NCBI GenBank assembly: GCA_965279035.1
Contig: OZ257142.1
Location: 320,001 to 384,000 of the forward strand
From: Bacteroidia bacterium
GTDB lineage: Bacteria > Bacteroidota > Bacteroidia > M30B66
DNA: 64,000 nt
Direction: 5' to 3'
A program made the position numbers and the translations under genes. The notes under the pieces were generated by a model. The model was given only the letters and a program-made list of their open reading frames with translations, had not been told where the DNA came from and did no database searches. Below, piece by piece: positions 8,556-18,850 of the stretch. The stretch's first letter is position 1. Every line of letters begins with the position of its first letter.

Positions 8556-8664
8556 CCTCGGACTGAAGTCCGAGGCTACAGGTCACAGATGCTATATTCG
8601 TTAGACATACACTCAAGCACATTGCTGATCTCTAACTTCTGCACCCTCGGACTTCAGTCCGAGG
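8556..8664. repeat. inverted pair of 20-bp REP-like palindromes
   Basis: cctcggac-tgaa-gtccgagg followed by ctac (8556-8579; GTAG head on the minus strand) and gcac followed by cctcggac-ttca-gtccgagg (8641-8664). The 20-mers are exact reverse complements. Confidence 0.85.
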
Positions 8665-8702
8665 TTTTGCAATCTCCCCAATCCAGAAGCTAAGGTGATC
8701 CC

Positions 8703-10154
8703 TCAAAAATCCGCCGACTCAAGCAAAATTTTAGCATTCCCATTCGCATCCAATACAATATCAAAATGGGTATCGGCAACAAAAATATCGCGCACTTTAA
8801 AGGTTTTTAGATTGCCTTTTACGGTGAATAGTTTTTTATACGAGGTGCTTTTCAGTCGCTTCGATAGATCGTCGCGAATGCCACCAACTTCTTTATCGAA
8901 TGAGAAATGCATTTGTTGCTGAAGCTGCTTTTGCAAAGTGCCATTGAGAAGCCAACTCGCCGCCTTAACCAATACACTCCGTGAATGAATATCATAATCC
9001 AAGTGGTCGATACTGAATTCATTCGTTTCACTATTATAGGTCGGAATTCCTGATAAAAACAATTCACCCTTTAAGCTACCCGACAATACCAAACGAACGT
9101 ATGCTAAATCGCCTTTGCCGTAAATCTGGATGTCTTCTACTTTAATAGTCTTCTTTTTAAAATGAAACTCTTGTCCCTGAAGCTGTTTTTTAGCAATGGC
9201 CGTTGCAGCATCAAAACCCAATTCGGCTCGAATTTGAATGCTAAAATCTTGTCCTCCTCGACCAGCCATACGTAAATCTGGCAATGGATTATTTTGAGGA
9301 GAATCAGGCTTGCGTCCGGTAAATGTTTCCAAATAGGTTTCGAGTGCAAGCAAAATATTGAGCGAATTGGCATCTCCAGTTATCGGTGCTAATAGCAAAG
9401 CTTTGGGTTCTGCGCGTAGCCATGTTTGTGTAGAATCGTCTAGTAATAACGGTTCTTGAGCCACTTTCCACAGCGCTTCCACTTGGTCATGCAAATCGAA
9501 CGCGCCATTCACATTTTTGTCAATTTCTTTACTTACCGACTGCAATTGTTCGTCAATCACGCTTTCCAGCAATCGTCCAATTGGAATGTTGATCGGTCCA
9601 ATGGAAACTCTCGGTTGACTTTTCCACTCAAATCCATCCGATGCCGAGCTCATCCGAAACTGATAGTTTTTGAGTATTTCCACTTTCGAGCGCAGATATA
9701 CTTCCACATCGAAAATGGTTTGCTTTTCCACTTCGGGACAAAATGAACAAGGATCGAATCGACCTTGCGCCCAAATTTTTAGCGGAATGGTGAATTTTAA
9801 CTCATTTCCAACTGCCGTAATTCCAATGTGGCTGTTTTGATACACCCGAATTTTTACATCATCAACCGTAGGGCGAGTATAGCTATCATCATCGTAAATC
9901 ACTCCTTTAAACTGCGTATTGATTTTATTTTCAATGAGCTTCAGTGGAATTTCTAGGGGAATGCTTACAGTTGAAATTGCACGCGTATATACCTTGCGCG
10001 AAGCTTCATACGTAGGCATTTCGGGCTTTATCGTTTTGCATGATGAACAAGCAATCAATACCAAAAGCAACAGGATCGGGCGAATCAAAGAGTCGTTTTT
10101 CACAAGAATGCGCAAAGGTATTCTGAGTCGGCTTATCAAGGTTAAATCGTTCAA
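8703..10154 (-). CDS. DUF4403-like lipoprotein
   Basis: 483-aa ORF with lipobox-like LIACSSC and 'S.vsiPleIpl..ie.kiN' N-terminal pattern. Start uncertain. Confidence 0.6.
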   Translation of the reverse strand: MNDLTLISRLRIPLRILVKNDSLIRPILLLLVLIACSSCKTIKPEMPTYEASRKVYTRAISTVSIPLEIPLKLIENKINTQFKGVIYDDDSYTRPTVDDVKIRVYQNSHIGITAVGNELKFTIPLKIWAQGRFDPCSFCPEVEKQTIFDVEVYLRSKVEILKNYQFRMSSASDGFEWKSQPRVSIGPINIPIGRLLESVIDEQLQSVSKEIDKNVNGAFDLHDQVEALWKVAQEPLLLDDSTQTWLRAEPKALLLAPITGDANSLNILLALETYLETFTGRKPDSPQNNPLPDLRMAGRGGQDFSIQIRAELGFDAATAIAKKQLQGQEFHFKKKTIKVEDIQIYGKGDLAYVRLVLSGSLKGELFLSGIPTYNSETNEFSIDHLDYDIHSRSVLVKAASWLLNGTLQKQLQQQMHFSFDKEVGGIRDDLSKRLKSTSYKKLFTVKGNLKTFKVRDIFVADTHFDIVLDANGNAKILLESADF

Positions 10155-10206
10155 AATTTAAATGGACTTCTGTTGAATGGGCAATTCGGGCGCTTTTCTT
10201 TGCCTC

Positions 10207-10737
10207 ATGGATCACCTTAACGCACTCGATTACCTGATTCTTGCTTTTCTCCTTTGGGGTTTTATTGCTGGCTTTCGTCGAGGCTTAATCATGGAACTAT
10301 GCACCTTGGCTGGACTTTTTCTTGGAATTTGGTTGGCGATTCACTTTTCTGGAGCCGCCGAAACCTGGATGAAGACTTCTCAGAAAATGGAGGGGAATTG
10401 GATTTCGTTTGTTGCTTTTTTATTGGTATTTGTTGGAGTTTACATTGGATTCTATTTTCTCGGAAAAGCCTTATCCAAAGCGGTAAGCCTTCTCATGCTT
10501 GGAATAATGAACCGCATTGCCGGAGGAATTTTCGGTATGATTAAAATGATGATGTTCTCAAGCATTCTTGTTTTAATCCTCAAAATGGGAGGCATTCCGC
10601 TTCTTTCAGAAGAACTCGAAAAAGGCTCAGCCATATTCAAACCGGTTAGCGCCTTTGCCGAATTGGTGTATCCATCCATTCAAGACATTTTACCCAAAAA
10701 AGAAAAATCGCCCACAGAACAATTATTGGAATCTTGA
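10207..10737 (+). CDS. cvpA: CvpA family membrane protein
   Basis: 'LDY.I.....GF..GFRRGLI.E' and 'NRIAGGIFG' motifs; several TM helices. Confidence 0.88.
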   Translation: MDHLNALDYLILAFLLWGFIAGFRRGLIMELCTLAGLFLGIWLAIHFSGAAETWMKTSQKMEGNWISFVAFLLVFVGVYIGFYFLGKALSKAVSLLMLGIMNRIAGGIFGMIKMMMFSSILVLILKMGGIPLLSEELEKGSAIFKPVSAFAELVYPSIQDILPKKEKSPTEQLLES

Positions 10738-10790
10738 ACAAGCAGAAATACTAGCTGTTTATAGCTAAATTTGCCCCTCAATTTTCCTAC

Positions 10791-11879
10791 ATGATTACCA
10801 AAGAACAAGTACTCGAAGCGCTTAGCAATGTGATGGAACCGGATCTTAAAAAAGATTTGGTAACGCTCAACATGATTCAAGATGTTGCGATTGATGGAAA
10901 AAAAGTGTCTTTCACCGTCGTTCTTACCACTCCAGCTTGTCCGCTCAAAGAACTCATCCACAATGCTTGCGTCAATGCCATCAAGCACTTGATTGATATG
11001 GACGCAGAAGTAACGGTTAACATGACCGCCAATGTTACCAGCAAACGAGGCGAAGAACGTCCTTTGTTACCCAAAGTGAAAAACATCATTGCTGTTGCCT
11101 CTGGAAAAGGTGGCGTTGGAAAGTCAACTGTAGCAGCCAATCTAGCTGTTTCACTTGCCGATTTGGGTGCTCGTGTTGGATTAGTTGATGCCGATATTTA
11201 TGGTCCATCCATTCCGATCATGTTCGATGTAGTGGATGAAAAACCCATGGTCCGTATGGTAGATGGACAACAGATGATGGTTCCTGTGGAAAGCTATGGA
11301 ATCAAATTGTTGTCGATCGGTTTCTTTGCAGATACAACTCAAGCGATTGTTTGGCGTGGGCCGATGGCATCCAAAGCGCTTACCCAACTTTTTCGTGATG
11401 CTGATTGGGGCGAACTCGATTACTTAATCATCGACCTTCCTCCCGGAACTGGCGATATTCACCTCACACTTGTAAGTGGCATTCCGCTTACTGGGGCGGT
11501 AATCGTTAGCACACCTCAACGTGTTGCTTTGGCTGATGCAGAAAAGGGAATTTCGATGTTCCAACTTCCGAATATCAATGTTCCTGTTTTGGGTGTTGTC
11601 GAAAACATGTCCTATTTCACTCCCGAAGAACTTCCCGAAAACAAATATTACATCTTCGGAAAAGACGGTGCAAAAGACTTAGCTGAAAAATTGGGTGTTC
11701 CACTTCTAGGACAAATTCCATTGGTACAAAGCATCCGTGAAGCAGGAGATAGTGGTCGCCCAGCTGGATTGCAGGAAAACACACCTGTGGCAAATGCCTT
11801 CCTTGAATTGGCGAAAAATGTAGCTCAACAAGTAGCTATTCGAAATGCTGAAGTTGCCAGGGAAACGGTATCTCAATAA
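10791..11879 (+). CDS. mrp: Mrp/NBP35 Fe-S cluster carrier ATPase
   Basis: N-terminal FeS-assembly domain (LTTPACP); SGKGGVGKST, DADIYGPS, DLPPGTGD and ENMS motifs. Confidence 0.95.
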   Translation: MITKEQVLEALSNVMEPDLKKDLVTLNMIQDVAIDGKKVSFTVVLTTPACPLKELIHNACVNAIKHLIDMDAEVTVNMTANVTSKRGEERPLLPKVKNIIAVASGKGGVGKSTVAANLAVSLADLGARVGLVDADIYGPSIPIMFDVVDEKPMVRMVDGQQMMVPVESYGIKLLSIGFFADTTQAIVWRGPMASKALTQLFRDADWGELDYLIIDLPPGTGDIHLTLVSGIPLTGAVIVSTPQRVALADAEKGISMFQLPNINVPVLGVVENMSYFTPEELPENKYYIFGKDGAKDLAEKLGVPLLGQIPLVQSIREAGDSGRPAGLQENTPVANAFLELAKNVAQQVAIRNAEVARETVSQ

Positions 11880-11909
11880 TTGTATATTTGAAATCATACG
11901 GAATCAACC

Positions 11910-12176
11910 ATGCAACCAGAAGAAAAAACGGCATTGATGAATAAAGTGGAATTGGCAATCGATTCCATTCGTCCATACTTAGAAGCCGATGGTGGAAATA
12001 TTACTGTAGATGAAATCACCGACGATTTGGTTGTGATGGTTCGTCTTCACGGTGCATGCAGCTCTTGTTCAATGAGCACTATGACTCTCAAAGCTGGAGT
12101 AACCGAAGCCATCCGCCACGCCGTTCCCGAAATACGTGATGTTGTTGCGGTGAATATGCCAGAAGTCGCTTACTAA
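11910..12176 (+). CDS. NifU C-terminal/Nfu family protein
   Basis: IRPYLEADGG and GACSSC motifs. Confidence 0.92.
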   Translation: MQPEEKTALMNKVELAIDSIRPYLEADGGNITVDEITDDLVVMVRLHGACSSCSMSTMTLKAGVTEAIRHAVPEIRDVVAVNMPEVAY

Positions 12177-12188
12177 AACCATCTAAAT

Positions 12189-13415
12189 ATGAAAATATCT
12201 TTACACATTTCTCGAGTATCTTTTCTACTCGGGCTAAGTTTACTTTCCTTTACATCAAATGCTCAATACGATTGTAACAATGACCGTTTTCTCCAGGAAG
12301 TGTTCACAAACGTTACATTAACATCGGATGTTGAATATGGCAATGCCCTTTCATACAGCGGAACTGCCACAAGTTTAAAGATGGATGTGTATCAACCAAC
12401 GGGCGATGTTTTTACAGAAAGACCATTGATCGTTTTTGCTCACGGTGGCTCGTTTATTTTTGGAGATAAAGCGAGTTCTGATATGGCTACGCTTTGTAAT
12501 AAATACACCAAATTGGGCTATGTATGCGCTTCGATCAACTACCGATTGGGCTATGAAAATCTAATTCCTAACGCAACTACAGCAACCGAAACGGTGTATC
12601 GTGCAACATCCGATATGCGCGCTGCCATTCGTTTTTTCAGAAAAGATCGCGCAACAAGCAATCTATATAAAATAGATACGACAAACATTTTTGCAACAGG
12701 CGTTTCTGCTGGAGCATTTATGGTTTTGCACATGGCATACTTAGATCAACTTGAAGAAATTCCTACAGCAGTTGATCCTGTTGCTTTTGGTGGAATTGAA
12801 GGTTTGAGCGGAAATGATGGGTATTCTTCTAAAGTCAAAGCCATCGTAAACTTATGTGGTGCACTTGGCGATACTGCTTGGATTCATGCTGGCGACACTC
12901 CTTGCTTATCCATGCACGGAACCAATGATGATGTTGTTCCCTATGGATCAGCTGTGATTAGTGTGCTTGGCGTTTCCTTATTCGAAGTAGATGGAAGTCA
13001 TTCTGTTGCTGCACGCCAAAATCATGTTGGTGTTGCGAATGAATTCTACACTTGGCCAGGTCAAGCTCACGTTCCATTCGTGAATTCAACGGTTTACATG
13101 GATTCCGTTTTTATGGCCATGACGCCATTTCTCGCCAATCAACTTGGTTGCGAAGTACCTAATGCAATTGCGAATGTGAATTCAATTCCTCAACCAAGCA
13201 TTTATCCAAACCCGGCTAACGAAACCATCAGCATAAACTGTTCAGCCCCTATGGATCAAGTACAAATTTTAAATCTTCAGGGAAAACTCCTTCGTTCATT
13301 TAACACAAACGGTTTAACATGTAATTTCTCTATAGCTGAACTTCCATCAGGAATGTACTTTATTCGCATTCGATCGAATTCATCGTGGCAAACAAGTAAA
13401 CTCTTAAAGAACTAA
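12189..13415 (+). CDS. secreted alpha/beta hydrolase (esterase) with T9SS type A CTD
   Basis: Signal peptide ending SNA-Q; HGGSF, GVSAG nucleophile elbow, HGTNDDVVP; C-terminal IYPNP...LPSGMYFIRI...KLLK. Confidence 0.88.
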   Translation: MKISLHISRVSFLLGLSLLSFTSNAQYDCNNDRFLQEVFTNVTLTSDVEYGNALSYSGTATSLKMDVYQPTGDVFTERPLIVFAHGGSFIFGDKASSDMATLCNKYTKLGYVCASINYRLGYENLIPNATTATETVYRATSDMRAAIRFFRKDRATSNLYKIDTTNIFATGVSAGAFMVLHMAYLDQLEEIPTAVDPVAFGGIEGLSGNDGYSSKVKAIVNLCGALGDTAWIHAGDTPCLSMHGTNDDVVPYGSAVISVLGVSLFEVDGSHSVAARQNHVGVANEFYTWPGQAHVPFVNSTVYMDSVFMAMTPFLANQLGCEVPNAIANVNSIPQPSIYPNPANETISINCSAPMDQVQILNLQGKLLRSFNTNGLTCNFSIAELPSGMYFIRIRSNSSWQTSKLLKN

Positions 13416-13417
13416 AT

Positions 13418-13456
13418 AAAAAAAGCCCTGAACTCATCTGAATTCAGGGCTTTTTT
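13418..13456. terminator. bidirectional intrinsic terminator
   Basis: aaaaaaagccctgaa-ctcatctgaa-ttcagggctttttt between convergent genes. Confidence 0.9.
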
Positions 13457-13471
13457 ATGTTTTGTATTCGA

Positions 13472-14554
13472 TTACTTTCCGGGTTTTCGTGCTGTTTGAG
13501 CTTGGTCAACCTGAAATTCCAAAATGGTTTTAGATTTAATCAACTTAGCTGGCTCAGCTGCTTTAACCGTTTGGTTTTCTACCAAATTGCCAAAATCATC
13601 AAAGGTCCAAGTGTGCGTTTCTGTCAATTCTCCTGTAGCCGAATAAACCAATTCTTTCGTCTTTTCTCCGAATTTATTAAAGATCAATAAACGACTTCCT
13701 GCTTTTTCCACTTTCTTTTCTGGACAAGAGCACAGCTTAAATTCTACACTGCTTATTGAACTGTCGGTATAGGAAAGCTCATTTCGGTAAATCTCTTGCT
13801 GCTCTTCGTTAAAGCCTGTTTGTTTAATTACTTTATAATCATTGTCGAGTTGATACTTGTAGTAAATCCAACTCAGCATTTTGCGTTTTTCTTTATTGTT
13901 ATAAACGGTGCGTTGAAGCACTAATCCATCATTATCGTATTCACTTATCGTCATGGATGCATTCTGAGGAACACGTGCACCAGCTGAATCAATTTGATAC
14001 CGACAATGTTGAGTTTCTTTTCCTGATGCATTGTATTCGTTGTCGTAAACTTCTTTACGAATCAGTTTGTCGCCACGAAAAACTTGCTCTTCTTTCAATT
14101 GTCCTGTGGCATTATAAACGAAAGTAACACTGTTAATTAACGAATCGGTTTTGGTGAGAATGTCCTTTTTTACTGCTTTACCGTTAACATCAAATTGAGT
14201 TACTTCTTTGATATTTTTACCAATATACTTGAGCTCAGTCTTTGTTAGTTTTCCTGTAGCATCGTATGTATAGCGCAAATCACCACTTTTATTTCCATCT
14301 TCCGAAAACAAACCGCTCGACTTAACATTGCCTTTTGGGTCAACCAAATCTTGTTGTTTTAGGTATTCTCTTCCGCTTATTTCTCCTACACCAAAAATAT
14401 AACGCGTTTTAAGCGGTGGGGCTTGACGATGATCTTGCTTTTTAAAAAGCTTACCAGGATTATCGAGCACAAAACCATCTTGGGCATTCGCCGAAACGAC
14501 TATCAAAGTCGCAACCAGAAAGGCAGACAGATTATTTAGGTTGATGTTTTTCAT
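13472..14554 (-). CDS. secreted protein with YD/RHS-like repeats
   Basis: Signal peptide ending ANA-Q; repeated (Y/F)(D/N)xxG units. Confidence 0.6.
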   Translation of the reverse strand: MKNINLNNLSAFLVATLIVVSANAQDGFVLDNPGKLFKKQDHRQAPPLKTRYIFGVGEISGREYLKQQDLVDPKGNVKSSGLFSEDGNKSGDLRYTYDATGKLTKTELKYIGKNIKEVTQFDVNGKAVKKDILTKTDSLINSVTFVYNATGQLKEEQVFRGDKLIRKEVYDNEYNASGKETQHCRYQIDSAGARVPQNASMTISEYDNDGLVLQRTVYNNKEKRKMLSWIYYKYQLDNDYKVIKQTGFNEEQQEIYRNELSYTDSSISSVEFKLCSCPEKKVEKAGSRLLIFNKFGEKTKELVYSATGELTETHTWTFDDFGNLVENQTVKAAEPAKLIKSKTILEFQVDQAQTARKPGK

Positions 14555-14707
14555 ACGCGTAGGGCGTTTTTGACAGAACTAAACTAATTCCTATTTTCGT
14601 GTGAAGCAAGTAATTAACAAAGTTTTCAACAGGCATACGGATAAATTTACTGAGGGGTTACATTTTGGAGTAGATTCGAAATGCTATATTTACCGCAGTA
14701 AACAGCA

Positions 14708-15109
14708 ATGATTAAAGACATTCACACCCCAGAAGTTACTGATATTGCCATAGCAATTGTTCGTGAAGAAGGGGAAAATGGAGATGTTTGGAATGTGTAT
14801 CTGTTAAATTTAAAAGATGTTCAAATTGAGAGCGTTCTTATAAGTTCAACTGGATATGGATTTATAAATGAAGAGTCTGTAAAAACATCTGTTCTGCGGC
14901 ATTATATTGAAGCGGTAGAGCCAATGAGTTTTGTGAAGATTGAACCCATCATTGAAGATGTATTCATATTGAACAATGAGTTTTGGGTGAGTTTTTATAT
15001 CGATAAAGTAATTCACGATAAGAAGTTTATTTTCTTACCAGGTACTATCAATGAGGAATTTTTTACTTCCGTTCCTCTACTATTTAAAAAAGGCGTGATG
15101 ATCCGTTAA
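14708..15109 (+). CDS. hypothetical protein (probably conserved in Bacteroidota)
   Basis: 133-aa clean ORF with no recognisable catalytic motif. Confidence 0.7.
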   Translation: MIKDIHTPEVTDIAIAIVREEGENGDVWNVYLLNLKDVQIESVLISSTGYGFINEESVKTSVLRHYIEAVEPMSFVKIEPIIEDVFILNNEFWVSFYIDKVIHDKKFIFLPGTINEEFFTSVPLLFKKGVMIR

Positions 15110-15144
15110 AGGACATCATTTACATTCTGTTATTTATTTATCTT

Positions 15145-15870
15145 ATGCTAAGAGAAACTCCTCTAACGGATATCCTCTTTTTGGATATCGAAACAATTCC
15201 TGCTTATCCCAATTGGGCTCAAGCTCCTGAAGTTGAACAAGAACTTTGGAAACGAAAGTCTTCTAGTCTCTTTCGAAACGAAGAGCGAAGTCCGGAAGAT
15301 TCTTACGAACGTGCTGGTATATACGCAGAATTTGGAAAAGTAATTTGTATCTCCTGCGGACGATTTCGAAATGGTCCACAAAATGAACCCGCTCGTTTAG
15401 AAATTCGAAGTTTTATAGCTGACTCCGAAAGTAATTTACTCAACAACTTCATACGACATATTCAAAAATCGTCTTCGCGTCCTTTACGACTTTGCGCTCA
15501 CAATGGGAAAGAATTTGACTTTCCTTATCTGTCTCGTCGTTTACTCATTAATAATATTGAATTACCTCGCTTACTTGATAATGCAGGAAAAAAACCATGG
15601 GAAATCCCTCATTTCGATACACTCGAATTATGGAAGTTCGGTGATTACAAACATTACACTTCCCTCGAAACACTTGCCCATGTTTTCGGAATTCCATCTC
15701 CCAAAACAGATATGAATGGAGCTGATGTGGCAAATGCATGGTATCAAGATGGTGCTATAGAAAGAATTAGGAACTATTGTGAGCAGGATGTTGTAACACT
15801 TACTCATGTTTTCTTAAAAATGAGGCAGAAAAATTCATCTCCTTCTATAATCGTTGAATACTGCCGATAA
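15145..15870 (+). CDS. 3'-5' exonuclease (PolB-like, DEDD)
   Basis: LDIET, HNGKEFD and YCEQD motifs corresponding to Exo I-III. Confidence 0.88.
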   Translation: MLRETPLTDILFLDIETIPAYPNWAQAPEVEQELWKRKSSSLFRNEERSPEDSYERAGIYAEFGKVICISCGRFRNGPQNEPARLEIRSFIADSESNLLNNFIRHIQKSSSRPLRLCAHNGKEFDFPYLSRRLLINNIELPRLLDNAGKKPWEIPHFDTLELWKFGDYKHYTSLETLAHVFGIPSPKTDMNGADVANAWYQDGAIERIRNYCEQDVVTLTHVFLKMRQKNSSPSIIVEYCR

Positions 15871-15922
15871 AGCCTTTCCGTTCAAGATTGGATTTGTGCT
15901 AACTTGCAGGTCTCTTTCGACT

Positions 15923-16462
15923 ATGTCTACTCCGCTTAAATTTTCCGCAATTCTACTTCTCATCGTTGTTTCATCATGCCGTGGTAAGCTTGATAAACAT
16001 GGTGAAGTTTTCGCCGAAATGATGAAAAATGAAGATGGTCTTTTTAGAGGAGTGAATATTGGCGACGATCTTGATCAAGTGCAACGTGCCGAAGGAATCG
16101 CTCCTACCGACTTTAGCGAAACTCTTTATTCATACGAAGGAACTGTTGGCCAATCGGGTAGCTATGTTGTTCGATATGGTTTCGAAAATGGAAAAGTGTA
16201 TGAAATATTAGTTGAAGCAACATTCGATGAAAATGCCGAAGGCTTGAATATGCTAAACGGCTTTCGCGATTATTTCAACGAAGTATATGGTACTTATGAA
16301 AAAGAAGGAGGATACCTCGTTTGGAAAACAAAATCCACTTCTACGAATCCTGATGTAATGATTGAAATGGTGGATGAAAGCGAATTCAGCGACTTTGGTC
16401 AGTTTTCACTTTCTATTTATCACGAACTTCCTACTCAACAAAAAGCGCCTCTAATACAGTGA
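15923..16462 (+). CDS. hypothetical lipoprotein
   Basis: MSTPLKFSAILLLIVVSSC lipobox from ATG 15923. Confidence 0.7.
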   Translation: MSTPLKFSAILLLIVVSSCRGKLDKHGEVFAEMMKNEDGLFRGVNIGDDLDQVQRAEGIAPTDFSETLYSYEGTVGQSGSYVVRYGFENGKVYEILVEATFDENAEGLNMLNGFRDYFNEVYGTYEKEGGYLVWKTKSTSTNPDVMIEMVDESEFSDFGQFSLSIYHELPTQQKAPLIQ

Positions 16463-18240
16463 AGCCCGTCGTACTTGACATACGTAACCTAAGTGTTGAG
16501 TTTGATGCCGGGATGGGGAAAACCCTTGCTGTTGATCATATTAGTTTTACTATTAACGAAGGAGAATCACTCGGGCTCGTTGGTGAATCAGGCTCTGGAA
16601 AATCAGTAACTGCAATGTTGCTCATGGGCTTACTGCCGGCAAGCTCTGCAAAGGTATTATCGGGTGAGATTTTGTACACAAACAAATTAGGAGAAACCAA
16701 AGACCTACTTAAACTATCTGAGCAACAAAGACGACTCATTCGAGGGAAAGAACTTGGGATGATCTTTCAAGAACCTTCAACTTCACTGAATCCAGTAATT
16801 TCATGTGGAGAACAAGTCTGCGAATCTTTACGAATCCATCTCCATCTCTCCAATGCTGAAGCAAGAAAACGAACGCTGAATTTGTTTAAAGAAGTTCAGC
16901 TTGATGATCCTAAACGGATGTTTCGCTCTTACCCACATGAACTATCGGGTGGACAAAAACAACGTATCATGATAGCGATGGCTATTGCCTGTAATCCACG
17001 TGTGCTGATTGCCGATGAGCCAACAACAGCGCTGGATGTTACTGTTCAAAAGAACATCTTGATTCTTTTAGAAGAATTGCAGATTCGCTATGAGATGAGT
17101 TTATTATTTATTTCTCATGATTTAGCTGTTCTTGCCGGTTTAGCCGATCGAATTCTGGTTATGCGGCAAGGAAAAATTGTGGAAGAAAACGGTATACGAG
17201 AAGTATTTCTTCATCCACAAAACCCTTACACCAAAGGGCTTTTAGCATGTCGACCATCTTCGCTTGAACGCCCTTTTCGTCTTCCAACAGTTGAGTCTTT
17301 TCTGAAAGCAGCTCATACCGAAAAACTCGGCTCCATTTCAGATTCCATTCGACTTATTAGCACTTCTGAAAGAAAAGCGGAACATCAATTATTGTTTGCT
17401 CAAAAACCCTTGATAAGCATTCAACAAATTTCAACTCATTTTCAAAGTCGTGGTGGTTTATTTCAACTAAAATCGAATACGATACATGCAGTTGAAAACG
17501 TAAGCTTTGATGTTTTTCCAGGAGAAACACTTGGTCTTGTTGGAGAATCGGGCTCTGGGAAAACAACCTTAGGAAGAAGCATTCTTCGTTTAATTGAACC
17601 AAGTTCCGGTAAAGTTTTCTTTAAAGAAAATGAACTTCTTTCGCTAAATCCATCGGAAATGCGAAAAGTGAGGAAGTCCATGCAAATGGTTTTTCAAGAT
17701 CCTTATTCTTCGCTCAACCCAAGAATGACAGCCGGAGAAGCGCTTATTGAACCAATGATTATTCACAATCTGCATCATGATCAACAAACTCGAAAGCAAA
17801 AAGCGCTCGAACTTTTAGATCGTGTTGGATTAATGCCAGATCATTTCAATCGTTTTCCTAACGAATTTTCAGGTGGCCAAAGACAACGAATTTGCATTGC
17901 GCGCGCACTTGCTTCTGAACCCGAATTTATCATTTTCGATGAATCTGTTTCGTCGCTCGATGTTTCTGCTCAAGCAGTTATTCTCAATCTCATCAACGAT
18001 TTGAAAGAAAAATATCGCTTCACCTGTCTATTTATTTCGCACGATTTGAGCGTTGTGAACTATATGGCCGATCGTGTTGTTGTTATGAATCAAGGTCGTG
18101 TGGAAGAAATTGCCGAAGCCGACTCCTTATATGCTAACCCTCAATCCGCTTACACACAAAATCTAATTGCTGCCATTCCTCTTGGTCGCCCTCAGGATAT
18201 CGACCGAGCCATCGAAAACAAACGGCTCAGAAAGAATTAA
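16459..18240 (+). CDS. peptide ABC transporter ATP-binding protein (fused OppD/OppF type)
   Basis: Two GESGSGK Walker A motifs, two SGGQ signatures, HPQNPYT and NPQSAYT motifs. Confidence 0.93.
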   Translation: MKPVVLDIRNLSVEFDAGMGKTLAVDHISFTINEGESLGLVGESGSGKSVTAMLLMGLLPASSAKVLSGEILYTNKLGETKDLLKLSEQQRRLIRGKELGMIFQEPSTSLNPVISCGEQVCESLRIHLHLSNAEARKRTLNLFKEVQLDDPKRMFRSYPHELSGGQKQRIMIAMAIACNPRVLIADEPTTALDVTVQKNILILLEELQIRYEMSLLFISHDLAVLAGLADRILVMRQGKIVEENGIREVFLHPQNPYTKGLLACRPSSLERPFRLPTVESFLKAAHTEKLGSISDSIRLISTSERKAEHQLLFAQKPLISIQQISTHFQSRGGLFQLKSNTIHAVENVSFDVFPGETLGLVGESGSGKTTLGRSILRLIEPSSGKVFFKENELLSLNPSEMRKVRKSMQMVFQDPYSSLNPRMTAGEALIEPMIIHNLHHDQQTRKQKALELLDRVGLMPDHFNRFPNEFSGGQRQRICIARALASEPEFIIFDESVSSLDVSAQAVILNLINDLKEKYRFTCLFISHDLSVVNYMADRVVVMNQGRVEEIAEADSLYANPQSAYTQNLIAAIPLGRPQDIDRAIENKRLRKN

Positions 18241-18244
18241 TACA

Positions 18245-18850
18245 ATGGAAATCAGCACCGCAGAATTTGTAATAAGCAACAGCGATGTCGCGCTTTGCCC
18301 AGCTCCTCGTTTACCCGAATATGCATTTATTGGACGATCAAATGTTGGAAAAAGCTCGCTCATAAACATGCTTACCCGAAGAGCGAAACTTGCAAAAACA
18401 TCGTCCCGCCCAGGTAAAACTCAACTCATCAATCACTTTCTTATCAATAAAAACTGGTTTCTTGTCGACCTTCCCGGATATGGTTTTGCTCGTGCTAGTA
18501 AAGAACAAAAAAGCGTTTTCAGCCAAATCATTACCGACTACATTGGCAATCGTACGAATCTGATGAATCTCTTTGTCCTCATCGACATTCGGCTCGAGCC
18601 CCAAAACATTGACCTCAACTTTTTCCGTTGGTTAGGAACCAATGGAATTCCTTTCGTAATGGTTTTCACTAAATCCGATAAACTATCTCACAATCAATTG
18701 CAGTCGAGCATGGCTCGATACAAACGCACGCTTCAGGATGAATGGGAAGTGTTTCCGCCACATTTCGTTACCTCTTCAGAAACTTCACTTGGAAGAGATG
18801 AAATATTGGATTTCATTGCCAATACCAACAAACTTTTCGATGGATATTAA
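18245..18850 (+). CDS. engB: ribosome biogenesis GTPase YihA/YsxC
   Basis: GRSNVGKSS, PGKT, DLPGYG and TKSD motifs. Start ATG 18245. Confidence 0.96.
   Translation: MEISTAEFVISNSDVALCPAPRLPEYAFIGRSNVGKSSLINMLTRRAKLAKTSSRPGKTQLINHFLINKNWFLVDLPGYGFARASKEQKSVFSQIITDYIGNRTNLMNLFVLIDIRLEPQNIDLNFFRWLGTNGIPFVMVFTKSDKLSHNQLQSSMARYKRTLQDEWEVFPPHFVTSSETSLGRDEILDFIANTNKLFDGY

Noticed and set aside
8349-8693. 114-aa ORF as a real gene
   Set aside because: It runs through several palindromic repeats and has no recognisable motif.
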